Positions 18,772 to 25,412 of a DNA stretch of 32,000 nt are shown here, piece by piece. Source of the stretch: an uncultured Clostridia bacterium (GTDB lineage Bacteria > Bacillota > Clostridia > TANB77 > CAG-508); NCBI GenBank assembly GCA_948676835.1, contig CAPOZU010000004.1, positions 99,149 to 131,148 of the forward strand. Direction: 5' to 3'. Below the pieces are notes generated by a model that worked only from the letters and a program-made list of their open reading frames with translations, was not told the origin of the DNA and did no database searches. Position 1 is the stretch's first letter; every line of letters begins with the position of its first letter. A program made the translations under genes and the position numbers.

Positions 18772-20928
18772 GTGGACAAAATATTTAAGAAAATAGCAGA
18801 AGAACTAGCTATAAGAGAATCTCAAGTAGAGGCAACAGTTAAGTTAATAGATGAAGGAAATACAATACCTTTTATTGCGCGTTACAGAAAAGAGGTAACA
18901 GGAAACTTAAGTGATGAAACACTAAGAGATTTAGGCGAAAGATTAACATATCTTAGAAATTTAGAGAAAAGAAAAGAAGAAATTATAAGATTAATAGATG
19001 AGCAAGGAAAGCTTACAGATGAGCTAACAATTAAGATTGCAAGTACAATGATTCTTTCTGAGCTTGAAGATATTTATAGACCTTATAAGCCAAAGAAAAG
19101 AACAAGAGCAACAATAGCAAAGGAAAAAGGATTAGAACCTTTAGCAAATATTATATATTTACAGGCAGAGAAAAATTCTATTTATGAAATTGCAAAAGAA
19201 TATATAAATGAAGAAAAAGAAGTTAATACAGAGGAAGATGCTATTGCAGGAGCATTAGATATTATTGCAGAAAATATAGCAGATGATGCCGATTATAGGA
19301 AAAAAATAAAATCATTCTGCTTTAGAGAGGCTGTTATTGAAAGTAAAGCATCTAAAGAAGATGAAAAATCACCTTATGAAATGTATTATGATTATAAGGA
19401 GCCTATACTTAGAATTCCTAGTCATAGAATATTAGCAATAAATAGAGGAGAAAAAGAAGAATTTTTAAAAGTTAAAGTTGCTAAACCAGAAGATAAGATT
19501 TTAGATTATTTAAAAAAACAAATAATAAAAGATTTTAAGAGTCAATTTAATGAACCTTTAACTATAGCAATAGAAGATTCTTATAAAAGATTAATAGAAC
19601 CTTCTATTGAGAGAGAAATTAGAAGTGATTTAACAGAACGTTCAGAAGAAAAAGCAATTAAAGTATTTGGAAAAAATGCTAAACAATTATTATTACAGCC
19701 ACCAATTAAAGAAATGACTGTTATGGGATTTGACCCAGCTTATAGAACAGGTTGCAAAATAGCAGTAATTGATAAAACAGGTAAATTACTAGAAACAACA
19801 ACAGTATATCCTACAGAACCACAAAATGATGTTGAAGGAGCTAAAAAAACTTTAAAAATGCTAATTGCAAAACATAATGTAGATATGATTGCAATTGGAA
19901 ATGGAACTGCATCAAGAGAATCAGAAAATTTTGTTTCTAATATGATAAAAGAAATTTCTGAAAAAGATATTTATTATGCAATAGTTAGTGAAGCAGGAGC
20001 ATCTGTTTATTCTGCTTCAAAACTTGCAACAGAGGAGTATCCAGATATAAATGTTTCTTTAAGAGGTGCAATTTCAATAGCAAGAAGATTACAAGATCCA
20101 TTATCAGAACTTGTTAAGATTGATCCTAAAGCAATAGGTGTTGGGCAATATCAACATGATGTTAATCAAAAGAAGTTATCTGAAAGTTTAACAGGCGTTG
20201 TTGAAGACGCAGTTAATTCTGTTGGTGTTGATGTTAATACTGCTACACCATCATTACTTTCTTATGTATCAGGAATCAATAGTACAATAGCTAAAAATAT
20301 TGTTAAATTCAGAGATGAAAATGGTGAATTAAAACAAAGAAAGGATTTGCTTAAAGTACCAAAATTAGGACCTACAGCTTTTAAACAATGTGCGGGATTT
20401 ATTCGTATATTTAATGGGAAAAATCCATTAGAAGTAACTGCAGTACACCCTGAAAGTTATGATGTTGCTGAAAAGTTATTAACAAATTTAGGATATTCTG
20501 TGGATTGCTTAACAGATAAAAAAGAGGTAGATAAATTACGAGCTGATTTATCAAAAGTAGATGTTATAAAAATGTCTGACGAATTAGGCGTTGGCGGTCT
20601 TACTCTAAAAGATATTATAGATGAACTTTCAAAACCAGGAAGAGATCCTAGAGAAGATTTACCAAAACCAATTTTAAGAAGTGATGTTTTGAAATTTGAA
20701 GATCTTCAAGAAGGAATGGAACTAACTGGTACAGTAAGAAATGTTATAGATTTTGGAGCATTTGTTGATGTAGGTGTTAAACATGATGGTTTAGTTCACA
20801 TTTCAGAAATGGCAGATAGATATATAAAAAATCCATCTGAGGTAGTATCAGTAGGGGATATTGTAAAAGTAAAGGTTATTGGAATAGATAGAGAAAAACA
20901 AAAAGTAAGTCTATCAATGAAATTTTAA
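18772..20928 (+). CDS. tex: Tex-like transcription accessory protein (YqgF/RuvC-like, HhH and C-terminal S1 RNA-binding domains)
   Basis: GTG start with AGAGAGG 7 nt upstream. The N-terminus ...ESQVEATVKLIDEGNTIPFIARYRKEVTGNL is the Tex signature. It also has GFDPAYRTGCKIAVID (YqgF-like) and a C-terminal S1 domain GTVRNVIDFGAFVDVGVKHDGLVHISE. Confidence 0.92.
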   Translation: MDKIFKKIAEELAIRESQVEATVKLIDEGNTIPFIARYRKEVTGNLSDETLRDLGERLTYLRNLEKRKEEIIRLIDEQGKLTDELTIKIASTMILSELEDIYRPYKPKKRTRATIAKEKGLEPLANIIYLQAEKNSIYEIAKEYINEEKEVNTEEDAIAGALDIIAENIADDADYRKKIKSFCFREAVIESKASKEDEKSPYEMYYDYKEPILRIPSHRILAINRGEKEEFLKVKVAKPEDKILDYLKKQIIKDFKSQFNEPLTIAIEDSYKRLIEPSIEREIRSDLTERSEEKAIKVFGKNAKQLLLQPPIKEMTVMGFDPAYRTGCKIAVIDKTGKLLETTTVYPTEPQNDVEGAKKTLKMLIAKHNVDMIAIGNGTASRESENFVSNMIKEISEKDIYYAIVSEAGASVYSASKLATEEYPDINVSLRGAISIARRLQDPLSELVKIDPKAIGVGQYQHDVNQKKLSESLTGVVEDAVNSVGVDVNTATPSLLSYVSGINSTIAKNIVKFRDENGELKQRKDLLKVPKLGPTAFKQCAGFIRIFNGKNPLEVTAVHPESYDVAEKLLTNLGYSVDCLTDKKEVDKLRADLSKVDVIKMSDELGVGGLTLKDIIDELSKPGRDPREDLPKPILRSDVLKFEDLQEGMELTGTVRNVIDFGAFVDVGVKHDGLVHISEMADRYIKNPSEVVSVGDIVKVKVIGIDREKQKVSLSMKF

Positions 20929-20966
20929 TATGTGTAGCAAGCATAGCTTTGGCGGTTAGTGAAAAG

Positions 20967-20995
20967 TTGACATTTTATGTAAATTGTTGTATAAT
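20967..20995 (+). promoter_or_regulatory. Perfect consensus sigma-70/sigma-A promoter upstream of the high-GC ORF
   Basis: TTGACA (20967-20972), exactly 17 nt (ttttatgtaaattgttg), then TATAAT (20990-20995). Confidence 0.7.
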
Positions 20996-20998
20996 TAA

Positions 20999-21016
20999 AA
21001 CAATGATGATATTGTT
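20999..21016. promoter_or_regulatory. Inverted repeat (operator-like) between the -10 box and the RBS of the high-GC ORF
   Basis: AACAAT-gatgat-ATTGTT. Perfect 6-bp arms begin 4 nt after the -10 hexamer. Confidence 0.35.
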
Positions 21017-21049
21017 CATCTTATATTAAAGAAGGAGCGTGCAAACACT

Positions 21050-21733
21050 ATGAAGAAGATTAACATCATGAATGCTATTCGCGAGTATGAGGATGAGCAG
21101 GCCCGGCTGGCCGAGGAGATGATGGAGCAGAAGGCTCAGGCCTCCGATACCGTCTCCGCCGAGACCGACTACCTGTGGGACTGCTGGTTCCAGTTCGCGC
21201 CGATGTATGAGCCCGAGTGCGACAAGGACCTCGAGGAGGACGTCTGCACCGAGCAGGAGAGCACGATCAGCTACCGCATGCCCAGCAAGAACCGCGCCAA
21301 GCGCGCCGAGCGCCGCAAGGCGACCGCTATGCACAAGAGGAAGATCAGCCGGAATGTGGCTGCCATCTGGAGCAACTACGGTAAGCGCATGGACAACGAT
21401 ATGCACAACTGGTCCTACCAGAAGATGAAGGATGGCGAGAAGCGCACCAACCCCATGTCCCAGGAGGCCAAGGCCGACAAGATTTTCAAGAAGGCCATGA
21501 GGGTCAACGCGATTCCCGAGCACCTGCTGCAGCCCATCACCGAGCACTTGGAGTGGCTCAGCGAGTACGGCAAGCGCAACGTCGCGGCCCAGCTGAACAG
21601 TGACCGCTACTACCGCGAGCGCGAGGAGAAGGTCAAGAGCGAGCTGGATGAGCTGACCAAGGCTAACGTCAACATCTTCGTGCAGCGGACGAGCCTGGAG
21701 CGCTACTTGCTCCTCAACGGCAAGGCCGCGTAA
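21050..21733 (+). CDS. Hypothetical 227-aa soluble, highly charged protein encoded by a compositionally foreign (high-GC) ORF; no family recognised
   Basis: ATG 21050 has GAAGGAG at 21031-21037. Third codon positions are mostly G/C; in my reading Lys is always AAG and Glu always GAG. There is no TM segment or signal peptide. The N-terminal third is acidic, and a basic patch KNRAKRAERRKATAMHKRKISR follows. A strong terminator follows the ORF. The antisense ORF is a composition artefact. Confidence 0.7.
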   Translation: MKKINIMNAIREYEDEQARLAEEMMEQKAQASDTVSAETDYLWDCWFQFAPMYEPECDKDLEEDVCTEQESTISYRMPSKNRAKRAERRKATAMHKRKISRNVAAIWSNYGKRMDNDMHNWSYQKMKDGEKRTNPMSQEAKADKIFKKAMRVNAIPEHLLQPITEHLEWLSEYGKRNVAAQLNSDRYYREREEKVKSELDELTKANVNIFVQRTSLERYLLLNGKAA

Positions 21734-21754
21734 GCAAAGCACAAACGATCCTGA

Positions 21755-21787
21755 AAAAGGGTGCCCTGAAATTTAGGGCACCCTTTT
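21755..21787. terminator. Bidirectional intrinsic terminator shared by the high-GC ORF (+) and the murA/MBL operon (-)
   Basis: AAAAGGGTGCCCT (21755-21767) pairs with AGGGCACCCTTTT (21775-21787) around a 7-nt loop. The A-tract and T-tract flanks allow termination in both directions. It abuts the MBL stop codon at 21789-21791. Confidence 0.8.
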
Positions 21788-21788
21788 G

Positions 21789-22577
21789 TTATACTTCAAC
21801 TATTTTTCCTGGAGTATTTCTACTAGCAACACTTAGTCTAATAGTATTTATATCAGAATTACTTTTCATTAATTCTTCTGCTACAGTTTGATATGCAAGT
21901 TCTGGAACATTATTTTCTTTACTTAAATGACCAAGCATAACCTGTTTTAAATCTTTTTTCATTAATGCAGCAATTGTTTTTCCAGCTGTTTCATTAGATA
22001 AATGACCATAAGGTCCTTTGATTCTTTGTTTTAAATGAAATGGATATCTAGATGCATTAAGCATTTCAGGTTCATAATTTGATTCTAATAAAATAAAAGA
22101 ACTGTTTTTTAGTTGATTAAATATGCTATCATCCATATGACCTAAATCAGTTGCTATACTAAGTTTTCTTTTTCCATTATGTATATTGAATCCACAAGGA
22201 TTTGCTGCATCATGTGGAGTACTAAAAGGATGAATTGTTAATTCATTTAATGAAAAATCATTGTCATTAATAAAGAAATTAACATTTTTTTCATCTATTT
22301 TTTCTTTTTGTTTTCCCATTGCGTTCCAAGTTTCTTGGTTAGCATATATAGGAATATTAAATTTACTTGAAACTAATCCTAATCCTTGTACATGGTCTGA
22401 ATGTTCGTGAGTAACTAAAATAGCATCAATATCTTCAATTGATGAATTAATTGATGCTAATCCTTCACAAATTTTTTTACAGCTTGTTCCACAATCTATT
22501 AAAATTTTTGTATTATTAGAACTAACATACAAACAATTTCCTGAACTACCACTATACAAGCTACAAAATTTTAACAT
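21789..22577 (-). CDS. MBL-fold metallo-hydrolase (YycJ/WalJ-like)
   Basis: MLKFCSLYSGSSGNCLYV...ILIDCG...THEHSDHVQG contains the HxHxDH metallo-beta-lactamase motif. AGAGGAT RBS. It starts 21 nt downstream of murA, so they probably form an operon. Confidence 0.85.
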   Translation of the reverse strand: MLKFCSLYSGSSGNCLYVSSNNTKILIDCGTSCKKICEGLASINSSIEDIDAILVTHEHSDHVQGLGLVSSKFNIPIYANQETWNAMGKQKEKIDEKNVNFFINDNDFSLNELTIHPFSTPHDAANPCGFNIHNGKRKLSIATDLGHMDDSIFNQLKNSSFILLESNYEPEMLNASRYPFHLKQRIKGPYGHLSNETAGKTIAALMKKDLKQVMLGHLSKENNVPELAYQTVAEELMKSNSDINTIRLSVASRNTPGKIVEV

Positions 22578-22598
22578 ATTTTTATCCTCTGCTTTTAT

Positions 22599-23861
22599 CT
22601 AATCTTCAACGACTCTTTCTATTTTTGCACCTAATTTTCTGAATTTTTCTTCGATATTCTCATAGCCGCGATCTATATGATTTAAGTTATAAATTTCTGT
22701 TTTACCTTTTGCCATGATTCCTGCAATAATTAATGCTGCTCCAGCTCTTAAATCTGTAGCATAAACAGGTGCAGCTGTAAGTTCATTAACACCTTCAAAT
22801 ACGGCAGTTTTTCCTTGAGCTGTAATTCTTGCGCCCATTTTATTTAGTTCTGCAGTATATTGAAATCTAGATTCCCAAATACTTTCATTAATAATACTTG
22901 TTCCTTCAGAAACAGAAAGTACAACACCCATTTGAGGTTGTAAGTCTGTTGGGAAACCAGGATATGGTAATGTTTTAATTGTTGCTTTATGAGGTCTTTT
23001 TGTATACCAAACTCTTAAATGATCTCCATTAGCATCAACATTTCCACCAATTTCAACAACTTTTGCTGTAATAGATTCTAAGTGTTTTGTAATACAATTT
23101 TTTATTGTAATATCACCTTTTGAGGCAATTGCTGCAAGCATAAATGTTCCAGCTTCTATTTGATCTGGAACTACAGAGTATGTAGCATTACCTTTTAATT
23201 CTTTTACACCATTTATTTTTATAATATCTGTTCCTGCACCTCTAATATCAGCTCCCATAGTATTCAAGAAGTTAGCAACATCAACTATATGAGGCTCTTT
23301 AGCTGCGTTATCTATAACTGTAGTACCTTCTGCTAAAACAGCAGCAAGCATACCATTTATAGTAGCACCAACAGAAACAACATCCATATAAATAGATGTT
23401 CCCTTTAGTTTTTTTGCTTTTGCAGAAATATTTCCATTTGAAACATCCACTGTAGCACCTAAAGCTTCAAAACTTTTGATGTGTTGATCTATAGGACGTG
23501 CTCCTAAGTTACATCCACCAGGGCTTCCAATAGTTGCACTTTTACATCTTCCAAGTAATGAGCCTAAAAGATAATATGATGCTCTAAACTTTCTAGTAGT
23601 TTCTAATGGTATATTATTTGAATTTATATTTCTAGTATCTATTGTGATTTCATGTTCTGTATTCCATGTTATTTTTGCACCTAATTCTGTTAAGATATCG
23701 CAATATAATCTAACATCACTTATATTTGGTAAATTATCTATTGTGCAAATTCCATTTATTAATAAAGTTGCTGGTATAATTGCAACAGCAGCGTTTTTTG
23801 CACCGCTAATTACTACTTCTCCTTTTAATGGAGTTTTACCAGTAATAACTAATTTTTCCAA
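22599..23861 (-). CDS. murA: UDP-N-acetylglucosamine 1-carboxyvinyltransferase
   Basis: TTG start with GGGGGT 6 nt upstream. It reads MEKLVITGKTPLKGEVVISGAKNAAVAIIPATLL and carries the active-site Cys in PGGCNLGARPIDQH. The 420-aa length is typical. Confidence 0.92.
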   Translation of the reverse strand: MEKLVITGKTPLKGEVVISGAKNAAVAIIPATLLINGICTIDNLPNISDVRLYCDILTELGAKITWNTEHEITIDTRNINSNNIPLETTRKFRASYYLLGSLLGRCKSATIGSPGGCNLGARPIDQHIKSFEALGATVDVSNGNISAKAKKLKGTSIYMDVVSVGATINGMLAAVLAEGTTVIDNAAKEPHIVDVANFLNTMGADIRGAGTDIIKINGVKELKGNATYSVVPDQIEAGTFMLAAIASKGDITIKNCITKHLESITAKVVEIGGNVDANGDHLRVWYTKRPHKATIKTLPYPGFPTDLQPQMGVVLSVSEGTSIINESIWESRFQYTAELNKMGARITAQGKTAVFEGVNELTAAPVYATDLRAGAALIIAGIMAKGKTEIYNLNHIDRGYENIEEKFRKLGAKIERVVED

Positions 23862-23918
23862 AGTTATACCCCCATGTCATGTATAATAAAATTAAATGAG
23901 TGACAACACTCACCCCGA

Positions 23919-23947
23919 ACTATATCACAAAAGAAAAAGATTTACAA
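23919..23947 (-). promoter_or_regulatory. Extended -10 sigma-A-type promoter for murA
   Basis: On the minus strand: TTGTAA (23947-23942), a 17-nt spacer ending in TGa, then TATAGT (23924-23919). A 6-bp hairpin TGAGTG/CACTCA (23897-23912) follows. It could be a 5' stem-loop of the murA mRNA or a weak spoIIR terminator. Confidence 0.5.
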
Positions 23948-23979
23948 TACCTTTTTTATATATTAGAGAATATAGAGAT

Positions 23980-24600
23980 TTAATATCCTTTTTCATTTAA
24001 AAGTTCTATAATTTTAAACTTAAATTTCACTGTTTCTGAATCGTCTGTAATTATTGCAAATTCATCATCAGATAGATTATCTTTTAAATATTTTTCTGAT
24101 TCTTCATCTATTACTCCAGCAGAAATATCTACAAAACATAAAGGTGGAAAAAGAGAACACCACCAATTTTTACCTTTAGCATCTCCTATTTCAATTTTTA
24201 AAGCATCATAGTATCCAGCTGGTAAAGAGATATTTCCATATTCTTTTGTTGGAAAATAAAAATTACCAATTTCTAATTTAACTGGATAATTATAACCTTC
24301 ACCTGCTATTGTTTTTTCTGCAATTTCTTGAAAAGAAACTAAATGAGAATTAGTTAAATTAATAGCTTCATCTTTGGTAAGACCAGAATAAGATAATGTG
24401 TTCATATAAGAAATTATATTGTCACGTACTTTTAATTTTAAAGATTGATCTTCGTTAGAATCGCTATTGGCTAATATATGAAGTCTAAAGAAATTATTAG
24501 ACAAGTCTTTAGAAACATCATTAGCATAAGATCTTATAGATGTAAATAAAAATAGTAAAAATAGTGAAATTAAACAAAATAAATAAAAAAATCTTTTCAT
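23980..24600 (-). CDS. spoIIR: Stage II sporulation protein R (pro-sigma-E processing signal)
   Basis: It has a signal peptide, then FFRLHILANSDSNEDQSLKLKVRDNI and WWCSLFPPLCF, the conserved SpoIIR motifs. GAGGAG RBS. Confidence 0.88.
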   Translation of the reverse strand: MKRFFYLFCLISLFLLFLFTSIRSYANDVSKDLSNNFFRLHILANSDSNEDQSLKLKVRDNIISYMNTLSYSGLTKDEAINLTNSHLVSFQEIAEKTIAGEGYNYPVKLEIGNFYFPTKEYGNISLPAGYYDALKIEIGDAKGKNWWCSLFPPLCFVDISAGVIDEESEKYLKDNLSDDEFAIITDDSETVKFKFKIIELLNEKGY

Positions 24601-24629
24601 AAATAACTCCTCTTTTTGTTTATTTCTCT

Positions 24630-24658
24630 TAATATTTCCTATGTTTCAAATTTTATGC
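24630..24658 (-). promoter_or_regulatory. Sigma-F-type forespore promoter upstream of spoIIR
   Basis: On the minus strand: GCATA (24658-24654), 14 nt, then GGAAATATTA (24639-24630). This resembles the Bacillus sigma-F consensus (GCATR, about 15 nt, GGnnAnAnT). spoIIR is sigma-F-dependent in B. subtilis. Confidence 0.55.
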
Positions 24659-24756
24659 AAAAAATATTATGTCGAAAAAGTGAGTACGAATTCATTTGAA
24701 AACAATTGAGCAGAATGTTAGAATAAAAAAGAATTAAATTGAATGGAGGAAAGCTT

Positions 24757-25230
24757 ATGAAAAAAGAAAAAATTTGTAGCTTTTATGTAAGTGACTTTCA
24801 TCTAATTACAATATTACTACCATATATAAACGAAAAAATAACAGAAGAAAAAGAAATTATAACAATCCTACAAAATGATGTATCTAAAAGTATAAAAAGA
24901 TATCTAAAAAATGTTAAAAATGTAAACGTAGAAAAAGAAAAGATATTAGATATTGGATGGAAAGAAATTAAAAAGATGAAAAATTTAGATTTAGAAAACA
25001 AAACGGTGATTGTTTCAGGAGAGGAAGATTTTGTTAAAAAAATAAATGATGAAATCTATAAAGAAATAGAAGATTATGAATTATTAAATTGTTATAAAAT
25101 AGATAATACAGAAGATATAGCTAAAATTGCATCAGAATACTCTATCTTTTTAAATACTAGCGGAAAAACAGAATTGACAGAAAATTCACAAAATGAACAA
25201 AAAAGAAAAACAATTCAAACACAAATATAA
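24757..25230 (+). CDS. Hypothetical protein (157 aa, Lys/Glu-rich, cytoplasmic); no family recognised
   Basis: ATG 24757 is preceded by TGGAGGAAAGCTT; the track TTG at 24739 is less likely. It is divergent from spoIIR. It reads MKKEKICSFYVSDFHLITILLPYINEK.... Confidence 0.6.
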   Translation: MKKEKICSFYVSDFHLITILLPYINEKITEEKEIITILQNDVSKSIKRYLKNVKNVNVEKEKILDIGWKEIKKMKNLDLENKTVIVSGEEDFVKKINDEIYKEIEDYELLNCYKIDNTEDIAKIASEYSIFLNTSGKTELTENSQNEQKRKTIQTQI

Positions 25231-25412
25231 AATAGTATTATCGATATAAAATATTATCAAGTGGAAAAATTTATTAGATCCGTAAGAATATATTAAATTT
25301 TTATCTTATATAAAGATTGTTGACTAAGCATAAAAAATATTATAAGATGTAAAAGATATTTAAATGGTTCGAGTTTTAAATTTCTATAAAAATAAAGGGA
25401 GGAGCGACCATA

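Noticed and set aside
21207-21428. 73-aa plus-strand alternative-frame ORF (Arg/Ala/Ser/Pro/Thr-rich) inside the high-GC segment
   Set aside because: It is an out-of-frame artefact of GC-rich sequence. It has no RBS and lies entirely within the better-supported 227-aa frame.
21026-21742. 238-aa minus-strand ORF covering the whole high-GC segment
   Set aside because: High-GC DNA lacks stop codons on the antisense strand. The translation is Leu/Ala/Val/Gly-rich (LAVEEQVALQARPLHEDVDV...). It has no RBS. The G/C third-position bias is in phase with the plus-strand ORF, which does have an RBS, an ATG and a terminator.
20929-21788. Search for mobile-element hallmarks around the high-GC ORF (inverted terminal repeats, target-site duplication, att-like repeats, tRNA, integrase)
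   Set aside because: None found by eye. The flanks share only a loose resemblance (GCAAACAC at 21041-21048 versus GCACAAAC at 21739-21746), which I do not consider a duplication. I therefore do not call a mobile_element feature.
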